DNA of 63,825 bases, the filler included, from an uncultured Methanosarcinales archaeon (GTDB taxonomy: Archaea; Nanobdellota; Nanobdellia; Woesearchaeales; DATDXC01): NCBI GenBank assembly GCA_964510025.1. It is 4 parts of 4 records of this genome, joined end to end, with 100 filler letters (N's around TTAATTAATTAA, not from the genome) between each part and the next. Parts side by side here need not be neighbours in the genome. Positions count along the whole stretch, not along the records: positions 1 to 28,090 come from CAZDZV010000017.1; 3 more parts are not named here. One strand, given 5' to 3'. The position numbers were made by a program, and so were the translations under genes. This document shows, in pieces, positions 10,233 to 18,928 of the stretch (positions within the stretch are counted from its first letter, which is position 1; each line of letters starts with the position of its first letter). Under the pieces are notes generated by a model, which made no database searches, had not been told where the DNA came from, and saw only the letters and a list, made by a program, of their open reading frames with translations.

Positions 10233-11000
10233 TTATAGCTTTCCGCCGCCTATCCTTTTCAGGGCAAGCAGAGCTTCCTTTGGGATAGCATATACTATTG
10301 TGTTGCTTCTGTCTGAGCTCAGGTCATTGATGCTCTGAAGCGTCCTGAGGTGCAGGGCTCCAGGAAACTTGGTGAGGTTCTTTGCAGCCTCTGATAGGTT
10401 CTGCGCAGCGCTGACCTCACCTGCGGATTTGATGATTACAGATCTTCTCTCCCTTTCTGCTTCAGCCTGCCTTGCCATGACCCTCTGCATCTCCTTTGGT
10501 ATCTCAATATGCTTAAGTTCCACTGACTCTATCTTTATCCCCCAGGGATCTGTTGCCTTGTCTACAACAACCTGTATTTTATCTGATATCGTATCCCTGT
10601 TTGTCAGAAGATTGTCCAAGGTTACAGATCCGACCACATCCCTCAAGGTTGTCTGCGCAATCTGGCTGGTAGCATACATGAAATCCCTGACCTCTATGAT
10701 AGCAAGCTTTGCGTCTGTTACCTTATAGTACAACACAGCATTTATCTTGGCAGATACATTGTCCTTGGTTATTGTCTCCTGGTCAGGCACATCTATTGTC
10801 TTTGTCCTTATGTCCACCCTTCTCCATGACTGGAAAATCGGCAGCACTATCTTTAATCCTGGCCCCATTATGCCGGTATATAGCCCAAATGTGAACCTGA
10901 CTCCCCTCTCATACTCATTGACAACCTTCAGCCCGATTAGGATATAGATAAGCACTCCGATACCCAAGGTTGACAGTCCGCCTGTAAGCAAGGTTACCAT
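10233..11000 (-). CDS. SPFH/band 7 stomatin-like protein (copy 2)
   Basis: N-terminal TM, YERGVRF, TKDNVS, AQTTLRDVVG, DPWGIKI, AEAERERR; ATG follows a GAGGTGA SD. Confidence 0.92.
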   Translation of the reverse strand: MVTLLTGGLSTLGIGVLIYILIGLKVVNEYERGVRFTFGLYTGIMGPGLKIVLPIFQSWRRVDIRTKTIDVPDQETITKDNVSAKINAVLYYKVTDAKLAIIEVRDFMYATSQIAQTTLRDVVGSVTLDNLLTNRDTISDKIQVVVDKATDPWGIKIESVELKHIEIPKEMQRVMARQAEAERERRSVIIKSAGEVSAAQNLSEAAKNLTKFPGALHLRTLQSINDLSSDRSNTIVYAIPKEALLALKRIGGGKL

Positions 11001-11005
11001 CTCAA

Positions 11006-11755
11006 TCACCTCTTCCCCATCCCTTCTAGAGCCCCTAGGGTCTCTATAGGAACTGCAAATACTATGGTGTTCGATTGGTCAGAGCTTATGTCATTGAAGT
11101 TCTGCAGTGTCCTGAGATGCAAGGCCCCTTTTGACTGCCCCAGTATATGGGCTGCCTTCATAAGGTTCTGGCTTGCCACCTTTTCTCCGTCAGCGCTGAT
11201 GATCAGCGCCCGCCTCTCTCTTTCAGACTCTGCTTCCTTGGCCATTGTCCGTTTCATCTCTTCCGGCAGTGCAATATCCTTTAGGTCTACTGACTGGACA
11301 TCGATCCCCCATGGATCTGTTGCCTTGTCCACGATAGACTCGATTCTCTTGCTTATCTGCTCCCTGTTGCTCAATAGCTCATCCAAGCTTACTTCTCCAA
11401 CTACATTTCTCATGGTGGTCTGGGCAAGCTGTGACACAGCATATATATAGTCCTCGACCTGGATAATAGCCTTTTCTGCAGCCATCACCTTGAAATACAG
11501 TACAGCATTGACGCGTACAGAAACATTGTCTTTGGTTATACAGTCCTGGTCAGGCACATCTATCACATTTACCCGCATATCGACACTTACCCATCTCTGG
11601 AGTATAGGTATGACAAACCTTAGTCCAGGCCCCATTATGCCAGAGTATTTGCCCAGTGTAAATCTTACGCCCCGATTAAACTCATATACGATCTTTATAG
11701 AAGACAGTACAACAACAACTGCCCAGAAAATCCAGAAGCTGGTCCAAAAAGCCAT
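11006..11755 (-). CDS. SPFH/band 7 stomatin-like protein (copy 1)
   Basis: ITKDNVSVRVNAVLYF, AQTTMRNVVG, DPWGIDV, ALHLRTLQ; GGTGA SD. Confidence 0.92.
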   Translation of the reverse strand: MAFWTSFWIFWAVVVVLSSIKIVYEFNRGVRFTLGKYSGIMGPGLRFVIPILQRWVSVDMRVNVIDVPDQDCITKDNVSVRVNAVLYFKVMAAEKAIIQVEDYIYAVSQLAQTTMRNVVGEVSLDELLSNREQISKRIESIVDKATDPWGIDVQSVDLKDIALPEEMKRTMAKEAESERERRALIISADGEKVASQNLMKAAHILGQSKGALHLRTLQNFNDISSDQSNTIVFAVPIETLGALEGMGKR

Positions 11756-11819
11756 ATAGATCACCCGAATCCTGCAAAAATTCTGGAGTATTTAAAATTT
11801 TCTAAAGATTCTTAAAGGT

Positions 11820-12773
11820 ATGGGTATTCTGGTCGTTTGGGGTGGGAGTATTAGGAAATTTTTAATTGTACTATTTATTATGGTTTATGCAGCATCAGCT
11901 GCGGACTTCACCCATGAGCTAAGCGAATCTAATTTCCATCTCAGGTTCAGAAACATCCTTGGGGCTGAATACAGCTTCCCGCTGTATTTCTGCGACCATA
12001 ACAATATAGGGTTTGGCGCAAGCCCCGACCAGAGGATAATTTTCTCAGAGGGAAATGTCGCGTGCGAAAGAGACATGATCGTGCTCCAGAAAAACAATAT
12101 AACTGAGGTCCTGTCCCTGCATAAAATTAGCAGCAGCCACATAGTGATGGAAGACTTGGCCTCTGGACAGGAATACTCTTATCCATTTTTTGAGAAGGAG
12201 CTGAATTTCAGCCTGCATGGAAATAGCTATATGATATCATTTTGGCAGGATTGCATAATACTCGCTGATACGACAGATAATCCTGAGGATACTGCAGCCC
12301 TCACAAGCATCAATGGCCTCAGTCTGACGCTCAAGCAAGACTCCAGGATGTTTGACTTCACAGATACGGGAGATAACGTCATGCTGGAATATATGGATAG
12401 GCTGCACAGCAACGTATCAGCATATCTGCTGTACTGCGCAAATGATAGTCTATATCTAGGGGAAAATAAGGGCAGGCCATTAAAGGTCAGAGAAAAGCAG
12501 CATGTCTGTGAACATGAGACTTTTATCCTTGAAAAGCAGGGATACAGCCATATAATGGAGCTGGCTGAAATAAAAGATGACAGGACTTTTCTTCTTAGAG
12601 AAAATAGCGGCAGTCATTTTAGAACAGGATCTGAACTGAATATTGGCAAAGAGGTTTACAGCCTGGAATATGTCAATTCCACGTGCCTTTTCACAGACGA
12701 CATTACTGACAATGAGGACGGCTATCCCCTGATTGTAGATATTATCGGCAGCATATTGAAGATAATAGAATAG
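11820..12773 (+). CDS. Secreted protein with a two-fold internal repeat; true start may be ATT at 11850
   Basis: Signal-like RKFLIVLFIMVYAASA; repeats ending CIILADTTDN and CLFTDDITDN. Confidence 0.65.
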   Translation: MGILVVWGGSIRKFLIVLFIMVYAASAADFTHELSESNFHLRFRNILGAEYSFPLYFCDHNNIGFGASPDQRIIFSEGNVACERDMIVLQKNNITEVLSLHKISSSHIVMEDLASGQEYSYPFFEKELNFSLHGNSYMISFWQDCIILADTTDNPEDTAALTSINGLSLTLKQDSRMFDFTDTGDNVMLEYMDRLHSNVSAYLLYCANDSLYLGENKGRPLKVREKQHVCEHETFILEKQGYSHIMELAEIKDDRTFLLRENSGSHFRTGSELNIGKEVYSLEYVNSTCLFTDDITDNEDGYPLIVDIIGSILKIIE

Positions 12774-12774
12774 T

Positions 12775-13830
12775 CTATCTATCATCCAGATATTGCCCGA
12801 TCCTCTTCAAGCCTTCTTGGATCTTATCAGTATCTAGAGCATAGCTTAATCTTATCCTATCTGGAGAGCCAAACCATTCGCCCAGATAGGTGATTACCTT
12901 ATATCTCTTGTATAGATTCCATACTGCATCCCTTGGCTTTTCTATCTTTGGAAAGACGTAGAAAGCTCCTTCAGGCTTCCATAGCTCAAGCCCAAGCTTG
13001 ACGAGCCCCTCATAGATGACATTTCTTCTTTCTTTCCATATAGCCACCTGTCTTTTGATGTAGTCCTTAGGGACCTTTGTAGCTTCGTAAGCCATCTCCT
13101 GGCTGAGTATGTTTGTATTCATCGATGTATGGGTCTTCATCTCCACTACATTGTCAACAATCTGCTTGTCGTTTGAGTAGAGGTAGCCTACCCTGAATCC
13201 GCACATTGCAAAAGTCTTGGAGAAGGAATTAACAGTCACTACGTGCGGCCCGTGCAGCATGTAATTTTCTCTTTCATAGATCAGGTCCTTATAAACCTCA
13301 TCAGATATTATGATTATATCAAGGTCTGCACACAGCTTCTCGATCTTCTTAAGGGTATTAATCTCCTGTATCCTTCCTGTTGGATTGGATGGAGAGTTGA
13401 TCAGCACAGCCTTGCAGCTCCTCACTTTTTCATCGAAGTCATCAAAGTCGATTTTGCCCTTAATAGTCTCAGTAAATACAGGTTTTAGGTGATTCATGGA
13501 AACAAGAGGGGGATAAGAATAATAATATGGCTTATGCAGCAGTATTTTTTCTCCTGGTTTTGAGATGGACCTGAACAGGATATCCAGCGCTTCAGAAGCT
13601 CCGTTTGTAATGACAAAATTCTCAGCAGCAGATCCAGGGTACTGTTTAGCCAAAGCTTCTCTAAGATTAACCTGGCCAGTTATAAGGCCGTACTTAAATT
13701 GGCAGTAATTTGGCAGTATCTCAAAGACCCTGTCAGGCGGGGGCAGATCTGGCTGGCCAGAGCCAAAGCTGATTACTCCGTTCCCTTGAATTCCGATAAA
13801 GATTGATGGGCTTCTTAGTTGGTCTGCCAT
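12775..13830 (-). CDS. PLP-dependent aminotransferase, class I/II
   Basis: ITNGASEAL, NSPSNPTG, ISDEVY, SFSKTFAMCGFRVG, IRLSY. Confidence 0.92.
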   Translation of the reverse strand: MADQLRSPSIFIGIQGNGVISFGSGQPDLPPPDRVFEILPNYCQFKYGLITGQVNLREALAKQYPGSAAENFVITNGASEALDILFRSISKPGEKILLHKPYYYSYPPLVSMNHLKPVFTETIKGKIDFDDFDEKVRSCKAVLINSPSNPTGRIQEINTLKKIEKLCADLDIIIISDEVYKDLIYERENYMLHGPHVVTVNSFSKTFAMCGFRVGYLYSNDKQIVDNVVEMKTHTSMNTNILSQEMAYEATKVPKDYIKRQVAIWKERRNVIYEGLVKLGLELWKPEGAFYVFPKIEKPRDAVWNLYKRYKVITYLGEWFGSPDRIRLSYALDTDKIQEGLKRIGQYLDDR

Positions 13831-13913
13831 TTTTATAAACTACAAAAGAATATCCTATCCCGCCGCTGCTACTCTAAACATAACACGATATAAATAGAAA
13901 TATATATTTAAAT

Positions 13914-14756
13914 TTATGCTTTTTTCATCCAGACATCCCGCTGCGGGAAGGGGATGGTAATCTTGTTCTTGTCAAACTCTTCTTTTATCTTTCTTATGGT
14001 CTCGAAATAAACATCCCAGTAATCTTCTTTCTTGACAGCTGGTCTTACCGCTATATTGACAGAGCTGTCTCCGAGGCTTTTTACAACAACCTGCGGCTTC
14101 GGATCTTTAAGCACCCTTTTATCCTTGCTTAATATGGAGTTTATTACTTTTATTGCCTTGCCTATATCATCTGAATAGCTTATGCCCACTTCGAGATTGA
14201 AGATCTTTCTGACAGAATTTCCAGTATAATTCTGTATCGTATCGCCCCATATCTTGCTGTTGGGTATTGTTATCTTGACGCCGTCTGGAGACTTGAGCGT
14301 GCATGCCGCGATCCCTATTTGCTCCACTCCCCCGACTACGCCTCCGATATTCACCCAGTCATCGACCTTGAAAGGTTTATGAAAAAGTATAAACAGCCCT
14401 GATGCCAGGTTTCCAAGCGTATCTTTGAGTGCAAACCCCACTATAAATCCCATTATCCCTAATCCAGCTATGAGTCCGGAAACATCCACTCCAAGATTAG
14501 CCAGTATTATCACTGCCAGGATTATCCATAATAATACCCCGGCCACGTTCTCGATAAATATCTCCATTGACCTGTCAAAATCGACCTTATCAAAGAACTT
14601 GCTGATCGCTTTCCTTAGGAATTTTATGATAAAGAATCCTATTGCGAATACTATTAGCGAGAAGATCAGCTTGGGCATGTAATCAGCTGCCTTAGCTATA
14701 AGCTCATCCTTAAGGTTTGCAAAAAAACCTAGCTCCTGGGCGATTGTATGATTCAT
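13914..14756 (-). CDS. mscS: Small-conductance mechanosensitive channel (MscS family)
   Basis: Three TM helices, GFALKDTLGNLASG, TIPNSKI, VGISYSDD, IPFPQRDV; GAGGA SD before ATG 14756. Confidence 0.92.
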   Translation of the reverse strand: MNHTIAQELGFFANLKDELIAKAADYMPKLIFSLIVFAIGFFIIKFLRKAISKFFDKVDFDRSMEIFIENVAGVLLWIILAVIILANLGVDVSGLIAGLGIMGFIVGFALKDTLGNLASGLFILFHKPFKVDDWVNIGGVVGGVEQIGIAACTLKSPDGVKITIPNSKIWGDTIQNYTGNSVRKIFNLEVGISYSDDIGKAIKVINSILSKDKRVLKDPKPQVVVKSLGDSSVNIAVRPAVKKEDYWDVYFETIRKIKEEFDKNKITIPFPQRDVWMKKA

Positions 14757-14815
14757 ATATTCCTCTTTTTCATGGGAAATTAACAATAAGTTTTATATAA
14801 AGGTTATGGTTTTAT

Positions 14816-15031
14816 ATGCATATGAGAAAAGGTATTTTCTTCCTGGTGATACTACTTATTACAATAGCTATTTTTTTGAACAGCTGCGCGGACGAGCAAA
14901 AGCAGATGCAGGAACAGTATGAGAAATGCACTTCTGTCTGCTCCTCTGTTATCGTTACAGAAGATTATGTCACATTGCATCTTTGCAATGAAGAATGCAA
15001 AAAGAAATTTCTTAACTCTAGTTCTCAGTGA
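14816..15031 (+). CDS. Small Cys-containing lipoprotein
   Basis: Basic-hydrophobic leader ending FLNSC; CxxxC...CxxxC. Confidence 0.55.
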   Translation: MHMRKGIFFLVILLITIAIFLNSCADEQKQMQEQYEKCTSVCSSVIVTEDYVTLHLCNEECKKKFLNSSSQ

Positions 15032-15539
15032 TATTGATTGTAGTGGAACATGGCAGCTTTGTAGCAGCCCTTCTTAGCGCTTTCCTGGCCAGTGGAAGAT
15101 TGCTTTTGTCTACCTTGACCTCAAAAATGATATCGCCTTTCTTGAACCTAGCAGCCTGGCCGATCGGCTTGCCAAAGGATTTCTGCATCCCTGTGCTGAA
15201 TCTGTCTGCACCAGCTCCAGAGGCCAAAGGATTTTCCCTTAAAATATGATGAGGGTATGCTCGGATCCTCATGTAATACCCGCCGGTTCCAAGCGCGCCT
15301 TCCAGCACCCTGTTTGAGGTTGTTCTTGCGCTCTCAAGCGCATTATCTCTGATCTGCATATTCTTGTTTATAAGAAGCTTTAGGGTATAGCTGAATTTAC
15401 GCTTTGGATTCCCCATCTGGAACCGGATAACCTTTGTATTGGGAGTTACCCTGATGAAAGACTTCTTCCTCTTGCTGGATACCCGGGTATATGGGCGCTC
15501 AACTGACCTATAAGCTGAAAATTTCCTTAATTTTGCCAT
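15018..15539 (-). CDS. rpl10e: 50S ribosomal protein uL16 (L10e)
   Basis: RPYTR, QIRDNALESAR, PHHILRENPLASGAGADR, GMQKSFGKPIG, KLP. Confidence 0.96.
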   Translation of the reverse strand: MAKLRKFSAYRSVERPYTRVSSKRKKSFIRVTPNTKVIRFQMGNPKRKFSYTLKLLINKNMQIRDNALESARTTSNRVLEGALGTGGYYMRIRAYPHHILRENPLASGAGADRFSTGMQKSFGKPIGQAARFKKGDIIFEVKVDKSNLPLARKALRRAATKLPCSTTINITEN

Positions 15540-15574
15540 TTAGTTCAGAAATAAAGGTTGATTTTTAAAAGTTT

Positions 15575-17107
15575 CTATTCATATTCTATTGTGCCTGGGG
15601 GTTTCTGGGTGATGTCATAGACCACCCTATTCACTCCCTGCACCTCGTTTATTATCTTGTTTGAGACCTTTTCAAGAAATGATGCTGGCAGCTTAGCCCA
15701 ATCAGCTGTCATCGCATCTTTGGAAGTGACCGCCCTTAGGGATATGACATATTCATAGGTCCTGGAATCACCCATGACTCCTACAGACTTGACAGGCAGC
15801 AGCGCTGCAAAAGCCTGCCATGTCTTTTCATATAGCCTGTTTTTCTTGAGTTCCATGATGAAGATGTGGTCTGCCTCTCTCAAGATAGCCAGACGCTCAT
15901 CTGTTACCTGGCCTAAGATCCTTATAGCCAGTCCCGGCCCTGGAAACGGGTGCCTGTATAATAGCTCTTCCGGAATCCTGAGCTGCCTGCCTAGTTTCCT
16001 GACACCATCTTTATACAGTTCCTTGATGGGCTCAAGAACCTTAAGTCTCATATTCTTCGGCAAAGTAAGGTTATGATGGCTTTTGATCTTATCTGCCTGT
16101 TTGCTTGGCTGAGCAGATTCGATCCTGTCTGGATATATTGTGCCCATGGCCAGGAATCTCACATTCTTGTATTTCCGGCCTATCTTGACAGCTTCTTTTT
16201 CAAAAACATCGATAAAGGTATGGCCGATTATCCGTCTCTTCTTCTCTGGGTCCCTCACTCCTTTAAGTCTCTTTAGGAAAATCCTTGAAGCATCCACATA
16301 TCTTACATTCAGTTTAAGTCTGGAGTAGCGCTGCTTTATAATTTCAATCTCATTCTTCCTTAGCAGCCCGTGATCTATTAATATGCAGTGCAGCTTTCTT
16401 CCTATCGCCCTGCTGATCAGCGTTGCTGCAACAGTGGAATCAACGCCCCCAGAGATGCCCATTATTGCAGAATTGTTGCCTACTGTTCTCTTGATCTCCT
16501 GTACCAGTTTTTTTGGCAGATTTTCTATTCTAAAATCCCTCTTGGAGCCGCATATATCAAACGCAAAATTTGCAAGCATCTGGTTGCCGTTTTCAGTGTG
16601 GACCACTTCAGGGTGAAACTGGACTCCGAAGATATTCTTGCCTAAATCCCCAATTGCCGCATTTCTGCAGGCATCGGTTGACGCTAAGCTCATGAAGTTA
16701 GGAGGTAGCTTTTCGATCAGATCGCCATGGGACATCCAGACTTTCTGCTTAGGCCTAAGGTGCTTGAAGAGCTTATCCCTGTTCCTCACCTTGAGTGTCT
16801 TTTTTCCATACTCCTTGATTGAATTTGCAATGACTTTTCCCCCAAAATGCTTGCCGATCAGGTGGTGCCCATAGCAAATGCCAAGTATAGGGATTCCAAG
16901 TTCAAACAGGCCTTTGCTTGGTTTAGGGGCACCCTTACGATAAACAGACGAAGGCCCTCCTGAAAGGATTATTCCGTCTGGATTAAGACCTCTTATCTTA
17001 TCCAATTTCACATTAAAAGGTAGAATTTCAGAATAAACATGGAGATCCCTTATCCTTCTTGCGATAAGGTGGCAGTATTGCCCCCCAAAGTTTATTATCA
17101 CAATCAT
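15575..17107 (-). CDS. guaA: GMP synthase (glutamine-hydrolysing), fused GATase and ATPPase
   Basis: GICYG, VQFHPEV, SGGVDS, IKSHHN, HPFPGPGL, KPPGTIEYE. Confidence 0.96.
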   Translation of the reverse strand: MIVIINFGGQYCHLIARRIRDLHVYSEILPFNVKLDKIRGLNPDGIILSGGPSSVYRKGAPKPSKGLFELGIPILGICYGHHLIGKHFGGKVIANSIKEYGKKTLKVRNRDKLFKHLRPKQKVWMSHGDLIEKLPPNFMSLASTDACRNAAIGDLGKNIFGVQFHPEVVHTENGNQMLANFAFDICGSKRDFRIENLPKKLVQEIKRTVGNNSAIMGISGGVDSTVAATLISRAIGRKLHCILIDHGLLRKNEIEIIKQRYSRLKLNVRYVDASRIFLKRLKGVRDPEKKRRIIGHTFIDVFEKEAVKIGRKYKNVRFLAMGTIYPDRIESAQPSKQADKIKSHHNLTLPKNMRLKVLEPIKELYKDGVRKLGRQLRIPEELLYRHPFPGPGLAIRILGQVTDERLAILREADHIFIMELKKNRLYEKTWQAFAALLPVKSVGVMGDSRTYEYVISLRAVTSKDAMTADWAKLPASFLEKVSNKIINEVQGVNRVVYDITQKPPGTIEYE

Positions 17108-17138
17108 AGAAACAGAGAGCGCTATTTATTTATAAAGG

Positions 17139-18233
17139 TTATGGTTCAATATACTCTACCAGTTCACCTTTGTAGTTCTTGAACACTATCTTATCTCCGG
17201 TCTTCTCCACGATATAATCAGGGAGTATTGGGATCTTGCCTTTTCCTCCTTCTGCATCGATTATAAGCTGAGGGACAGCTACACCAGAGGTGAAGCCCCT
17301 AAGTGCATGGATTATCTTAAGCCCTTCCTCTAGCCTTGGGCGGAAATGGGAAGTGCCTTTAACTAAGTCAGGCATATAGATATAGTACGGCTTGACCCTC
17401 ATCTTTAAAAGGCCATGCATAAGTTTTTTCATGACTTCCGGGCTATCATTAACCCCTTTGAGCAGCACACTCTGGTTGCCTAAAGGTATGCCTGCATCTG
17501 CAAGCATCTCGCATGCTTTAATGCTGTCATCTGTTATTTCTGAAGGATGGTTGAAATGTGTGTTGATGAAAAGAGGATGATATTTTTTTAGCATGTTGCA
17601 CAGCTCTGGCGTTATCCTCTGCGGCAGAGCACACGGGGTCCTTGTGTCTATCCGTATCATCTCTACATGGGGTATCTTCTTAAGTTCCTTCAGGATGAAT
17701 TCTAGATAGATGTCTGACAGCAGGAAAGGGTCGCCTCCGCTCAAGATGACATCCCTGACCTCTGGATGGAACTGGATGTACTGTATGCCCCCCATTATCT
17801 GTTCCTTGGTGATCCTCTTGAATGGGTTGCCGACTCTTCTTTTCCTTGTGCAGAACCTGCAGTACATAGCACAGTTGTTTGATACCATAAGCAGTACTCT
17901 GTCAGGATAACGATGGACCAGTCCCGTTACAGGTGAGTCTCTTTCCTCGCATAAAGGATCAGGCATGCCCCTGATATCATTAAGCTCTGCTTCATCAGGT
18001 ATGCACTGCTTCCAGATGGGATCATCTTTCTTCTGGATGAGGCTGAGATAATAGGGATTGATTCGCATAGGGTATTTCTTTATGACATCAGCTACTGTCT
18101 CTTTCCTTACATCTCCTTTGCAGACAGAGTCCAGCTGCTGCTCATCAACTATGCTTTTCTTAAGAAGCTCCCGCCACAACTCTACCTGGACCACTTCTTT
18201 CACAAAGCTTTTTTTCAAGAGTGTCTTTTCCAT
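17139..18233 (-). CDS. kamA: KamA-family radical SAM/PLP aminomutase (lysine 2,3-aminomutase-like)
   Basis: HRYPDRVL, CAMYCRFCTR (CxxxCxxC), LSGGDP, NQSVLLKGVND, PLP-Lys motif DAEGGKGKIP. Confidence 0.9.
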   Translation of the reverse strand: MEKTLLKKSFVKEVVQVELWRELLKKSIVDEQQLDSVCKGDVRKETVADVIKKYPMRINPYYLSLIQKKDDPIWKQCIPDEAELNDIRGMPDPLCEERDSPVTGLVHRYPDRVLLMVSNNCAMYCRFCTRKRRVGNPFKRITKEQIMGGIQYIQFHPEVRDVILSGGDPFLLSDIYLEFILKELKKIPHVEMIRIDTRTPCALPQRITPELCNMLKKYHPLFINTHFNHPSEITDDSIKACEMLADAGIPLGNQSVLLKGVNDSPEVMKKLMHGLLKMRVKPYYIYMPDLVKGTSHFRPRLEEGLKIIHALRGFTSGVAVPQLIIDAEGGKGKIPILPDYIVEKTGDKIVFKNYKGELVEYIEP

Positions 18234-18263
18234 TTTATAGCTTACACTAGTTTGCGTCTAAAA

Positions 18264-18374
18264 TTATACATAAAATACTGTAGATACCTGCTGGCCTGAC
18301 TTTTTTGGAACAAAAATCGATCTGAAAACAGATAAAGTCAGTCTTTTTGTATTTTTTTTGTTTTCCAAAAACAT
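18264..18374 (-). CDS. Possible 36-aa small ORF upstream of kamA (MFLENKKNTKRLTLSVFRSIFVPKKSGQQVSTVFYV)
   Basis: Read manually; ATG 18374 to TAA 18264, downstream of a TTTAAATA box at ~18409-18416; below the ORF-track cutoff. Confidence 0.25.
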   Translation of the reverse strand: MFLENKKNTKRLTLSVFRSIFVPKKSGQQVSTVFYV

Positions 18375-18557
18375 TTGATTTTTCTGATTTAACCTATGTG
18401 GGTTCTAATATTTAAATGTAACTGTTTTCTCTTTTTTACCGACGACATTTTTGAATATTTTTTTTGATTTTTTTGCCGATTTTCATTGCTGAGATTTTTG
18501 TTTTATAATTTCTCGACGAAATATCTTCATAGAAATTTTATTGCTCTCCAAAAAATC

Positions 18558-18893
18558 TTACAGAAATCTGTCCACCTTGTTTTCTTTGTTCAGCAGAAGA
18601 ATCTTTGGATCAGCTGGCTTATCGCTAAGCTCAAATCCCATGACTATTATCTCTTCTCCTTCCTTTATCAGATGGGCTGCAGCTCCGTTCATGGCAATCA
18701 TGCCGCTTTCCCCCGGTATGACATAAGTCTCAAGCCGGTTCCCGGATGTGTTGCTTACCACAAGGACTTTTTCTCCCTCGATAAGTCCGGATTTTTCCAT
18801 AAGTTTCCTGTCTATCGTTATGCTGCCTACATAGTCTACATTAGCCTCCCTGACATTGGCCTTAAGGAGCTTTGACCTTAATATCCATCTCAT
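18558..18893 (-). CDS. panD: Aspartate 1-decarboxylase (pyruvoyl, bacterial type)
   Basis: LRSKL, YVGSITID (G-S autocleavage site), GNRLETYVI, MNGAAAHL. Confidence 0.9.
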   Translation of the reverse strand: MRWILRSKLLKANVREANVDYVGSITIDRKLMEKSGLIEGEKVLVVSNTSGNRLETYVIPGESGMIAMNGAAAHLIKEGEEIIVMGFELSDKPADPKILLLNKENKVDRFL

Positions 18894-18928
18894 ATTGCTG
18901 AGTATTCAATCTTGCTTTAAAAAATTTT

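Noticed and set aside
18436..18486. 16-codon Lys-rich ORF on the minus strand (MKIGKKIKKNIQKCRR)
   Set aside because: Expected by chance in an A-tract region; no SD or other support
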